A stretch of 61,351 nt of DNA, filler included. It is 10 parts of 10 records of this genome, joined end to end, with 100 filler letters (N's around TTAATTAATTAA, not from the genome) between each part and the next. Parts side by side here need not be neighbours in the genome. Positions count along the whole stretch, not along the records: positions 1 to 5,835 come from SRR31156797_79856; positions 5,936 to 11,930 come from SRR31156797_79967; 8 more parts are not named here. One strand, written 5' to 3'. The notes beneath the pieces are model-generated. The model saw only the letters and a list, made by a program, of their open reading frames with translations, had not been told where the DNA came from and made no database searches. Positions 1-9,267 of the stretch are shown here, piece by piece. The translations under genes and the position numbers were made by a program. The number at the start of each line of letters is the position of its first letter. Position 1 is the first letter of the stretch.

Positions 1-789
1 CTGGATAATGCCATCAAATATACACAGAAAGGAAAAATCCGCGTCAATGTGGATATGGCGGAAGAAAACAATGCTTCGATAAAATTTCGCATTGCGGTCA
101 AAGATACAGGGATAGGAATGCGCAAAGAAATAATCAATCATCTTTTCCTGCCCTTTTCACAGGCAGATGGTTCTTTGAGCCGTAAATTTGAAGGAACCGG
201 CCTTGGGTTGTCAATTACAAAGAGAATGGTGGAGATGATGGGCGGCCGCCTGGAGGTGGAAAGCGTCCCGGGGAAAGGATCACGCTTTGAATTTACCCTT
301 ACCTTATCAAAAGTGGAAAATTACGGCAGGCAAAAAGGAACCGAATCCAAACCATCAGCCGGACCATTGATCAATAAAGAATATGCCAATCGAAAACCAT
401 TAAAAATTCTGCTGGCTGAAGATAATAAGGTCAACCAGTTATTAATAAAAAAGGTATTGGCGAATCTTGGATACCGGATCGATATTGCCCGGAACGGAGT
501 GGAAGCGGTTGAAGCGTGCAAAAATCGCTCCTATGATCTGGTGCTGATGGATATCCAGATGCCTGAATTGGACGGACTTTCCGCCTCAAAAATAATATTG
601 GGGGATGACACCGCAAAATCCCACCCCAATATCATCGCCATGACGGCCAACATTGCGGAAGGGATTCGGGAAACCTGCCTGTCCGCCGGCATGTTTGACT
701 ATATATCCAAGCCCCTTGATATTAACGCATTGGTCGCGCTTCTGGAAAAACTACCGCAAGCCTCCGGAACAGCCCCAACTACGGGCTGA
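1..789 (+). CDS. Hybrid sensor histidine kinase, C-terminal part (HATPase_c + receiver); 5' truncated
   Basis: Open frame from base 1 (LDNAIKYT = N box); DTGIG and GTGLGL G boxes; receiver LLAEDN...LMDIQMP...KP. Confidence 0.92.
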   Translation: MDNAIKYTQKGKIRVNVDMAEENNASIKFRIAVKDTGIGMRKEIINHLFLPFSQADGSLSRKFEGTGLGLSITKRMVEMMGGRLEVESVPGKGSRFEFTLTLSKVENYGRQKGTESKPSAGPLINKEYANRKPLKILLAEDNKVNQLLIKKVLANLGYRIDIARNGVEAVEACKNRSYDLVLMDIQMPELDGLSASKIILGDDTAKSHPNIIAMTANIAEGIRETCLSAGMFDYISKPLDINALVALLEKLPQASGTAPTTG

Positions 790-792
790 GGA

Positions 793-1731
793 TTATCTTA
801 CAAGTGCCGCATTTCGTTTCAGCCTTTGCGGAATTTTTATCCCCTTCTTTCTCGCTGTTTCAGTATTGATATAAAGTCTTGGTGAAGAATCTATTTTTAT
901 CCGAATATCACGAACCGGTCTATTTTTAACCAGAACATCTATAACCGAAGCTGCAAGTATTCCGCCTAATTTTCTGTCATCGGTTGAAAAACCACATACC
1001 CCCCCATCCTTAACAACCTGCATGTTACTTGACAATATCGGGGTTGATTTCGCCGCTTTAACAATCGCCTTGGCGTTATCTGATATCAGTGCCTGATTGC
1101 CCAGATAAATTGCAGAAAATTTATCACTCAATTTTTCAACCTTTTCCAGAATTTCTCTTTGCGATTCACATCTGATATTCCAATAGGCGATATTTAATTT
1201 TCTACAAATTGTTTCTGTATCATCTTCATCTACCTCAGAAGAGGGGTGCCCCTTTTCTGTTATCAAAAGCAGAGACTTAAACACCGGCAGAATCTCACGA
1301 AAAATCATAAATTGGTTATATTTTGGCAAATAATAGGTTACCCCTGTAATGTTGGTATCGGTCCTGCCGGGATGCTTTACCGCACCAAGCAGCACCGGAT
1401 GGCTGCATGCACCGATAAATGCAGGAATAGAGGGGGGATTTTGTCCAAGCCATTTGGCACCATTCGATCGTAAAATAACAATCCCATCCTTATCCGTCTC
1501 CCAGCGGTTTACGATAAGGGAGAGCTCATCCAGAGATTTTAAATTGATCTGTTTTTCGATTCGAATATCGGGGGCCTCCTCTTTGATTATTTCGATAAAA
1601 CCTTCTGCCACCCTCTCAGCCATTCCCGATTCTCCGACCCAGCCAAGTCCGATATCGAAAGAATACGACCCTTGCGGGCTGTGAAAAATAATAAAAAGGA
1701 AAATAACAAAAATTTTAATTATGCGCATCAT
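793..1731 (-). CDS. ABC-type substrate-binding protein (ABC_sub_bind-like), exported
   Basis: N-terminal signal-like segment; HPVLLG...NITGV, G-x-LAA and LYIN...A..GI.IP motifs typical of this family. Confidence 0.75.
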   Translation of the reverse strand: MMRIIKIFVIFLFIIFHSPQGSYSFDIGLGWVGESGMAERVAEGFIEIIKEEAPDIRIEKQINLKSLDELSLIVNRWETDKDGIVILRSNGAKWLGQNPPSIPAFIGACSHPVLLGAVKHPGRTDTNITGVTYYLPKYNQFMIFREILPVFKSLLLITEKGHPSSEVDEDDTETICRKLNIAYWNIRCESQREILEKVEKLSDKFSAIYLGNQALISDNAKAIVKAAKSTPILSSNMQVVKDGGVCGFSTDDRKLGGILAASVIDVLVKNRPVRDIRIKIDSSPRLYINTETARKKGIKIPQRLKRNAALVR

Positions 1732-1923
1732 ATAGGCTTTTACCTTTGATTACAGTCGGATCGTCAGGTTAATGGTCAGATTTATCCGAACCAGGAAATA
1801 AATATATATGTAACTGGCCAACTAAGCAAGTTTACCGCCGGCCGGTTTAAGACCTGGGATGCTATCCCCAAGCCCATAAACCTTGAGTTTAAAGGTGCAC
1901 CTGGCAGGCTTCCAATCTGCGGC

Positions 1924-4900
1924 CTACCGATCAGAAGACCGGCGACTCAACCCGTTAAAATCACCCCACTTTCCACTGAAGGACATTTTGAGTTTTTCCG
2001 CGGCCTCGTACGCCACGGGGATAATCAGGAGCGCGAGAATCGTTGCGCTGGCCATGCCCGTGACAAAGGCCGTGGCCATGGGCGACCATTCCATGGACTT
2101 ATGGGGAATCCCGATGGCCATGGGAAGAAGCCCCAGGATGGTGGTGACGGTGGTGATCAGCACCGGCCGCATCCGGGTGCCGCACGCCTCGATCACCGCG
2201 GCCCTCAGTGGCTGGTCCTTCTTCCGGCACTTGTTCATGAAATCCACGAGGAGAAGGGAATCGTTCACCGCCACCCCTGCGAGGCCCACCACGGCCAGGA
2301 AACTGCCCACCGTGAAGGTGGACCGGGTGACGAACATCCCGAACACCACGCCGATCACCGCAAACGCCACCGCGGAAACCACGATCAGGGGCTGGAGGTA
2401 GTCCCTGGACTGTGCCGAGAGTACCAGGTAGATGCCGAAGACAGCGATAAAAAACGCCACGGTGAGGGACCGGTAGGCCCTGCCGGTGGTCTCGAACTCC
2501 CCCGCAAACGCAAGGGTGACACCGGGGTAGCGGTCCCGGATGGTACCGAAAAAATCCCGGACCAGGAACCGCACCCTGCCGGGGGTGAGATCCGCCCCCG
2601 CCCGGATATTGGAAGAAATGGTCACCGCGGGTTTCCCGTTGTACCGAGAAAGGGAAACCCGCTCATGCCCGTAGGTCATGGCAACCAGATCCCTGAGAAG
2701 CACCGGGGCGGCATCGTGCTCGATCACCGGCACATCAAGAATATCGGCGGGATCATCCAGCCCTGTTCCCGGGGGATTGACGTCGTCGTCCCGCCGGGCA
2801 AGGCGCACCATGAGATCCACCTTTTCGTCCACGGTCTGGAACTCGCCCGCGGGCTGACCGTGTAGGGCGCCGGCCACCAGGGCCGTTACCGCATCCATGG
2901 TGAGGCCGTACTCGAAAACCTTTTCCGGGACGGGCCGGAACCTCACCACGCTCTGCATGGCGGGCCGGTCATCCTCCAACCCCGAAAGGCCGCCGCACTC
3001 GTCGTTGGTTTTCAGGAAATCCATGATCTCGTCGGCCACCCGGATCTCCTCCTCCAGCACCTGCCCGAGAATCCTGATGTTGACGGGCTTTCCCGCAGGG
3101 GGGCCGGTGTTTTCCGGAAAGACCTTGTAAAACGGCCTGGATTCCGGGAACCGGCGGGTAAAATAGCGGTCCAGTTTTTTCCGCACATGATCCAGGTAAC
3201 GCAAGGGGTCGTTATTGTCGTTACCTGGAAACATCCGTTTATCCCTGGACGGAAGCGTCACCACCACCTCGCCGTTGTTGTGGGCCATCTCCACCCTGTA
3301 ATCCTCGTCCTCGTAGGACCCGGCGGTTCCGTAGGCGGACGCCGCCTCCCCCTCCCCCCAGGAGACGATGAACCGGGAGAGATCCCGGACCACGGCGTCG
3401 GTTCGCTCGAGGGAGGCCCCCGGCGGCAGGGAGAGGGCCACGTGATACCGGATATAGCTGCCGGGGAAGAACTGCACCTTGATCAGGGGCACCGCCCCGG
3501 TCACCGACAACCCGAGGATCACAAGGGCGGCGAAGAACAGCAGTATAACAGAGCCCAGGGTAAGGACCTTGTGGTCAAGGAGAAATTCCACGCCCCGCCG
3601 ATAAATTTTCCACAGGGGAGCGAAAATGCCGGTGGCAAGATGCCGAAAGGGATCGTCATCCCCCATGGCGACAGGGACTGTTTTCGATCCCCACTCCAGC
3701 AGGTGGAGGGGAAGAATAAACAGGGCTTCCCCAAGGGAGGCGATAAGCGCAAAGCACACGGTCTTGGGAATCACGGAAAAATAATCGCCGGTGGCGCCGG
3801 TCATGATCAGCATGGGAACAAACGCCAGCACCGTGGTGGCGGCGGTGCAGAGCACCGGCAGCATCACCTCCGACACCCCATCGACAATCGCAGCGTCCAT
3901 GGACTTTCCCATCTGCTGGTGACGGAAGACGTTCTCCATGATGATAACGGCATCGTCCACAATAATGCCGCAGACCAGCACAAAGGAAAAAAGGGCGATG
4001 GTGTTGATGGTGAGGCCCGTGACCTTGATGATGATAAGGGCGCACAGGAAGGAGAAGGGAATTCCCACCGCGGTGATCATGGCGTTCCTGACCCCCAGGG
4101 TACCCCAGAGCACCAGGGTGATGAGAACCATGCCAAGGATCATGTTCTCCCCAAGGGTGGAAATGGCGTCGCTTATCTCCACGGTGGAATCGTGGGTATA
4201 GACGATCCTGATGCCGTCCTTCCCATGGGCCTCGGCAAACCGGTCGGAAATCTCCTTCACCTTCCTTGCGATGGTGACGGAGTTGCCGGTATCCTCCTTG
4301 CGCACAAAGAGCCTCAGCACCTCATCTCCGTTAATGGAATTGATATTCTCCGGGTCCCTGCGGCTGAGCCCGGCATAAACGGCAAGATCCCTCACCCGAA
4401 TGAAGTTTCCGTCACCGTCCCGCCGCACCACCACGTCGAGCACCTGCTCCCTCCTGTGGAACCTGCTCCCGGCATCCAGCATATGGGCCCGGTCCCCCAT
4501 CCTGAACCGGCCGGTGGGCATCCGGGTGTTGGCCGAACGTATGGCTTCCGCCGCCTGGTTAAACGTGATCCCGTACCCCCTGAGCATCCCGGAATCCAGG
4601 GACGCATGGAACTCCTTCTCATCCTCCCCGATGATCTCGACCTCCTTCACACCGTGTATGGCAATGATCTCCGCCTTGAGCTCGTCGGCCAGGAGCTCCT
4701 TGCTGAACCGGGGAATGTCCCCCAGGAGGTTCACACGGATCACAGAAAGCCACCAGTGGGTGTCAATAAAGGAAAAAAGGGGTTCTTCCGCGCCTTCGGG
4801 CAGCTCGTCCCTGATGTTGAGCACCCGGAATCTCAATTCGTCGTAGAGGTCGCGATAGTTGGTGTCGTCCACGAACTTCACCTTGATCACGGCATAGTTC

Positions 4901-5160
4901 CTGTAAGATTCGGAGAGTATATACTCCACGCTCTCCAGCCCGTCCACGGCGTCCTCGATCTTACGGGTCACGAAATTCTCCACATCCTCCGCCGTGGCAC
5001 CGTAGTAAAGGGCAGTGATCAACACCTCTCCCATGTCGGCGGAGGGCATGTTCTCCACCGGCGTGGAAAACAGCGCGAAAAATCCCGTCAGGGTGAGAAA
5101 GACAAACACCACATTGATCAGAACGGCCTGCTTCAGGGAATATCCAATGACCCTTCGCAT
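1924..5160 (-). CDS. RND efflux transporter permease (AcrB/CzcA family)
   Basis: 1078 aa; GIIVDDAVII, R-x-RPVLITT and GLLPMA motifs; two large periplasmic loops. Confidence 0.93.
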   Translation of the reverse strand: MRRVIGYSLKQAVLINVVFVFLTLTGFFALFSTPVENMPSADMGEVLITALYYGATAEDVENFVTRKIEDAVDGLESVEYILSESYRNYAVIKVKFVDDTNYRDLYDELRFRVLNIRDELPEGAEEPLFSFIDTHWWLSVIRVNLLGDIPRFSKELLADELKAEIIAIHGVKEVEIIGEDEKEFHASLDSGMLRGYGITFNQAAEAIRSANTRMPTGRFRMGDRAHMLDAGSRFHRREQVLDVVVRRDGDGNFIRVRDLAVYAGLSRRDPENINSINGDEVLRLFVRKEDTGNSVTIARKVKEISDRFAEAHGKDGIRIVYTHDSTVEISDAISTLGENMILGMVLITLVLWGTLGVRNAMITAVGIPFSFLCALIIIKVTGLTINTIALFSFVLVCGIIVDDAVIIMENVFRHQQMGKSMDAAIVDGVSEVMLPVLCTAATTVLAFVPMLIMTGATGDYFSVIPKTVCFALIASLGEALFILPLHLLEWGSKTVPVAMGDDDPFRHLATGIFAPLWKIYRRGVEFLLDHKVLTLGSVILLFFAALVILGLSVTGAVPLIKVQFFPGSYIRYHVALSLPPGASLERTDAVVRDLSRFIVSWGEGEAASAYGTAGSYEDEDYRVEMAHNNGEVVVTLPSRDKRMFPGNDNNDPLRYLDHVRKKLDRYFTRRFPESRPFYKVFPENTGPPAGKPVNIRILGQVLEEEIRVADEIMDFLKTNDECGGLSGLEDDRPAMQSVVRFRPVPEKVFEYGLTMDAVTALVAGALHGQPAGEFQTVDEKVDLMVRLARRDDDVNPPGTGLDDPADILDVPVIEHDAAPVLLRDLVAMTYGHERVSLSRYNGKPAVTISSNIRAGADLTPGRVRFLVRDFFGTIRDRYPGVTLAFAGEFETTGRAYRSLTVAFFIAVFGIYLVLSAQSRDYLQPLIVVSAVAFAVIGVVFGMFVTRSTFTVGSFLAVVGLAGVAVNDSLLLVDFMNKCRKKDQPLRAAVIEACGTRMRPVLITTVTTILGLLPMAIGIPHKSMEWSPMATAFVTGMASATILALLIIPVAYEAAEKLKMSFSGKWGDFNGLSRRSSDR

Positions 5161-5166
5161 AATAGG

Positions 5167-5835
5167 CTACTCCCCGGTTCCGGTTCCGGGCATGAGTTCG
5201 GTCCCCGGCACCAGCCGTTTGTCATCCATCACAATGAAAACCTCACCCGACTCCTCCAGCACCACCACAGGCACCGCCTCGCCGCTCTCCTTCAGGACCA
5301 CCACGGGATTCTCGTACCTGCGGGCCACCGCCGCCCCGGGCACGGTCACCCCGCCGGTGGCGACCCCCACGGCAAGGATGAACTTCAATCCCCCCCGCCT
5401 CTCCCCGGGGTAATTCTCCATCACCAGCTCCAGGGAGCGCTTCCGGGTCCCCTGGTCGAACCTGGGATTCACCCGCCGGACCGAATAGTCCACCGGCACC
5501 CCCGAAAGCGTCCCCTTCACCCTGCCCGCCATGGCCCTGATCGCTTCCAGCTCTTCGCCTGTGACCGAAAGGGGCACCACAAGCTCCGTATAATCGGAAA
5601 CCCTTGCCAGCGCCATCCCCGGACCGACAATCTCCCCCACCTCCACCGTCCTTCCGGTGACCACAAGCCCCCGGGGCACGGTTATGTTATGACGAAGACG
5701 CTTCTGACGTGTCTCCTCCAGGACGATCTCCAAAACCGCACGATCGGCCGCCAGGCCCTCCAGCTCAAGTTCCGCCTGCTCAAGGTCCTGGGCAGCCCTG
5801 TCCCGGCTCACCTCCGTGGCATGCTCTCCCCTATG
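5167..5835 (-). CDS. RND membrane-fusion (periplasmic adaptor) protein; 5' truncated
   Basis: Coiled coil, then barrel-sandwich VEVGEIVGPG, INP-x-FD-x-x-TR and VP-x-x-AV motifs; directly upstream of the RND permease. Confidence 0.82.
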   Translation of the reverse strand, partial: HRGEHATEVSRDRAAQDLEQAELELEGLAADRAVLEIVLEETRQKRLRHNITVPRGLVVTGRTVEVGEIVGPGMALARVSDYTELVVPLSVTGEELEAIRAMAGRVKGTLSGVPVDYSVRRVNPRFDQGTRKRSLELVMENYPGERRGGLKFILAVGVATGGVTVPGAAVARRYENPVVVLKESGEAVPVVVLEESGEVFIVMDDKRLVPGTELMPGTGTGE

Positions 5836-5935
5836 NNNNNNNNNNNNNNNNNNNNNNNNNNNNNNNNNNNNNNNNNNNNTTAATTAATTAANNNNNNNNN
5901 NNNNNNNNNNNNNNNNNNNNNNNNNNNNNNNNNNN
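5836..5935. other. Artificial contig linker (N-run/TTAATTAATTAA/N-run)
   Basis: 100-bp spacer with stop codons in all frames, repeated nine times in the window. Confidence 0.99.
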
Positions 5936-7657
5936 GAAAAATTTGTAAAAAACATGGTGGCCGGCGCCACGGGGATCGACATTGTCACCATGGTAATCGC
6001 CGCCGACGAGGGAGTGATGCCCCAAACCCGTGAACACATGGAAATCTGCACCCTTTTGGGCATCCGGTACGGGATAGTGGTGCTGACGAAAGTCGATATG
6101 GTGGATGAAGAGTGGCTTGAACTGGTCACGGAAGACATTCAGGAGTTCACCCTCGGCACCTTTTTGGAAGACTCGCCCATTGTTCCGGTCTCTTCTGTGA
6201 CCGGGCAGGGAATCCCCGAGCTTATCGATACGCTGGACAACCAGTGCAAGGAGGTACCGGAACGAGCTTCCACAGGGCTTTTCAGACTGCCGGTAGACCG
6301 GGTCTTTTCCATGAAGGGATTCGGAACGGTCATCACCGGCACCCTGATTTCAGGAAAGGTCGGCGTCGGGGACACCATCATGATCTACCCCGGCAAAACC
6401 ACTTCCAAAGTAAGGGGCATCCAGGTTCACAACCAAAGTCGGGAATCCGCCGAAGCCGGAATGCGCACCGCGATCAATTTTCAAGGCCTGGAGAAGGCCT
6501 CCATCGGCCGCGGCAACATTGTCGCCAAGCCGGACACAATGCTGTCAAGTTACATGGTTGATCTGGAACTGCTATATCTTTCAAGCAATAAAAAACCATT
6601 GAAAAACAGGAGCCAGGTGCGGTTCCACACCGGGACCAGCGAAACCATGGGCAACCTCATCCTTTTGGACAGAGAGGAGATCAACCCCGGTGAGTCCTGT
6701 TCATCACAAATTCGACTCGACGAACCGGTCAGTCTTATCCGGGACGACCGGTTCGTCATTCGCAGCTACTCTCCGGTTCGAACCATCGGTGGAGGGAGGG
6801 TGATCAACCCCATCCCCTCAAAGCACAAACGGTTGCAACCGGACATCATCAAAGGCCTGGATGAATTGGCCAATGCGACGGCGGAAGGGGTTATCGATTT
6901 TCATACGCGCGTTGCCGGGCCGGCAGGCGTCACTTTTGCACAACTGACGCTGATGACCAACCTGCCTTCAAAACCACTGGAGACCGCCATCAGCGCCATG
7001 CTGAACAACCAATCCATTTTGCTGGTGGATAAGGAAAGCAGAGCCTACACCCACCAGAATACGGTCGATGAACTGAAAGCTCTGAGTTGCAGTTTTCTCG
7101 AAAATTACCACCGCGAGAATCCCCTGAAACAAGGGATTTCAAAAGAGGAGTTAAAGTCCAAGTTTCCCCGTACGGCCAGCACAAAGCTTTTTACGCTGGT
7201 ACTCAACCGAATGATCAAAGAAAATGATCTGGCGCTCGAAGACGACATTGTCCGCCTTGCATCCCACGAAGTTTTCCTGCAGGTTGATGAGAAAGTCCTG
7301 AAGAAGGACATTTCCGATATCTATCGGGAAAGTAAGCTGACACCGCCCTACTTCCGCGATATCATAAAAAGGTTGGATGTGGATTCCGCCCCGGCAAAGG
7401 GCGTATTGGAACTGCTGATCGGAGAGAACAAACTGGTCAAAGTAAAAGATGACCTTTATTATGATACAAACGCCGTTGAATCCTTAAAGGCGGAACTGGT
7501 CGGTTATCTAAAGGAAAATGGTGAGATATCAACACCGGCCTTCAAGGATATGACTGGAGCTTCTCGAAAATATGTGATACCTTTAATCGAGTATTTTGAT
7601 ACAATCCACGTCACGATTCGCATCGGGGATATCCGAAAACTTAGAAAGAGCCAGTAA
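5936..7657 (+). CDS. selB: Selenocysteine-specific elongation factor SelB; 5' truncated
   Basis: EKFVKNMVAGATGID...ADEGVMPQTREH; RLPVDRVFSMKGFGTVITGT; C-terminal winged helix with SRKYVIPLIEYFD...R.GD.R. Confidence 0.97.
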   Translation, partial: EKFVKNMVAGATGIDIVTMVIAADEGVMPQTREHMEICTLLGIRYGIVVLTKVDMVDEEWLELVTEDIQEFTLGTFLEDSPIVPVSSVTGQGIPELIDTLDNQCKEVPERASTGLFRLPVDRVFSMKGFGTVITGTLISGKVGVGDTIMIYPGKTTSKVRGIQVHNQSRESAEAGMRTAINFQGLEKASIGRGNIVAKPDTMLSSYMVDLELLYLSSNKKPLKNRSQVRFHTGTSETMGNLILLDREEINPGESCSSQIRLDEPVSLIRDDRFVIRSYSPVRTIGGGRVINPIPSKHKRLQPDIIKGLDELANATAEGVIDFHTRVAGPAGVTFAQLTLMTNLPSKPLETAISAMLNNQSILLVDKESRAYTHQNTVDELKALSCSFLENYHRENPLKQGISKEELKSKFPRTASTKLFTLVLNRMIKENDLALEDDIVRLASHEVFLQVDEKVLKKDISDIYRESKLTPPYFRDIIKRLDVDSAPAKGVLELLIGENKLVKVKDDLYYDTNAVESLKAELVGYLKENGEISTPAFKDMTGASRKYVIPLIEYFDTIHVTIRIGDIRKLRKSQ

Positions 7658-7713
7658 CATCGGCATCGCAATGATCGTATCGGTGGTTCACTACTACTGA
7701 AGATGGAGCAGTC

Positions 7714-9057
7714 ATGGAAAATGAAAACAATACGACAAAAGGTTCCGATTACAAAAAATTTGCGACACCCCGCATTATCGGCGGCATCGCTATAGCTGTA
7801 ATTATCTTGTGGGCACTCTCCATCTTTTTCGGGCCATCGGGTGAACGAATCGCTGAAGAAAATGGTGGGAAGCCCCACGATTCCGAAAAAACGGCAATGG
7901 TTTCCCACAGTGATGACCATGCAGCACCGTCAGCCGATGCGCATACGACAGAGAAGGGCCATGGAGAGGAAGGCCCTGCTGAAACAGCCAGCCATGGTGG
8001 TGACGCAGGGGATGACCATGCCGCAAGCCACGATACCGCTGCGACCCATGCAACCGAAGGTCACAGTACGGTTTCAGCCGAAAAACAGGCCGCGGACAGC
8101 CATCAGGCGGAAACGGAGCAGAGCTCCCACGGATCAAGCAAAACCGCATCCGCCTCAGCATCTCATCAGGAGGACGCCCACGCAGAAAAAGCCGAGAAAG
8201 CAAGTGCCCACAAGGAACCCGAGCACGCCTCGGCGGACACCCACGCAGCGCCAGCGACCGGCCATCCACTGCCTGAATCCGTCCATTCTCCTGCACACAA
8301 ACCGCAACCCAAAGGTGTTGCTTTCGTCGAAGCAGCCATCAAACCGCTGCAATACGAACTGGAAGACCGCTGGTGGGGCTGGCGGGCCAACGACCTGATC
8401 AATGTGACGGATAATGTAGAAAGTATACAGATGGGTGTACTGGAAGTGACCCGGAGGACAACGGTGGCCCTGGCCGAACGTATTTCAAGGACGGGAACCA
8501 CAGATTCTTTCGATGAGAACCTGGAACAAGCCATGAACTGGTTCATGATTAAATCCAGCAGCTACTGGTTTCCGTCGGCAGAATCCAAATACAAAGATGG
8601 ATTGGAAGAGCTTGGAAACTACCTTGAAAAGCTTAAAAAAGGGCGTGCAACATTTTACACCCGAACGGACAACCTGATTCCTTTACTCGCCTCCTTTGAA
8701 GATCTTCTGGGCAGCTGTGATGAAAACCTGGTCAAACATCACAATGAAGACGGCACACCGCTCAGTTCTTTGGTTGTGGACGATTATTTCTACTACACAC
8801 AGGGTGTCGCCAATTCCATGGCTATTATTCTGGAAGCCGTCCACCATGATTTTCTTCTCACCCTGGAATCGCGTCATGGTACGGAACTTTTGCATCATGC
8901 AATCATTTCCTGTCAAAGGGCTTCTAAACTCGATCCATGGATCGTTCTTGACAGCGATTTGAGCAGCATCTTCGCCAACCACAGAGCCAACATGGCGGCT
9001 CCGATCAGCCACGCGCGCTTTTACCTGGGCCAGCTGATAAAAACCTTATCGACATAA
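7714..9057 (+). CDS. DUF2333-like membrane-anchored protein with His/Ala-rich linker
   Basis: N-terminal TM; low-complexity His-rich region; C-terminal WGW..ND, DN...Q.G, WFPSAE..Y, DD.FY..QG and ANHRANMA motifs. Confidence 0.75.
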   Translation: MENENNTTKGSDYKKFATPRIIGGIAIAVIILWALSIFFGPSGERIAEENGGKPHDSEKTAMVSHSDDHAAPSADAHTTEKGHGEEGPAETASHGGDAGDDHAASHDTAATHATEGHSTVSAEKQAADSHQAETEQSSHGSSKTASASASHQEDAHAEKAEKASAHKEPEHASADTHAAPATGHPLPESVHSPAHKPQPKGVAFVEAAIKPLQYELEDRWWGWRANDLINVTDNVESIQMGVLEVTRRTTVALAERISRTGTTDSFDENLEQAMNWFMIKSSSYWFPSAESKYKDGLEELGNYLEKLKKGRATFYTRTDNLIPLLASFEDLLGSCDENLVKHHNEDGTPLSSLVVDDYFYYTQGVANSMAIILEAVHHDFLLTLESRHGTELLHHAIISCQRASKLDPWIVLDSDLSSIFANHRANMAAPISHARFYLGQLIKTLST

Positions 9058-9267
9058 AGGCCCTTTCAACAACCCGAATACGGTAGATGTGAACCCAAGT
9101 GTTGCAACATTGGGATAAAGTGTATTCGTTACGAAATACAATTCTCTACGCACAGGACGCTGGGGTAGAGTACTGCGGATCCTTCTGATCGGCCAGATGC
9201 ATTGCCATGTGAATAGCATGACGAGAATACTATCTTTTCTCTTAACGCTAAAAACGACGGTGCCGCA

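Noticed and set aside
3187-5883. 898-aa plus-strand ORF
   Set aside because: Antisense shadow of the GC-rich RND and MFP genes; no motifs and His/Gly/Arg-skewed composition.
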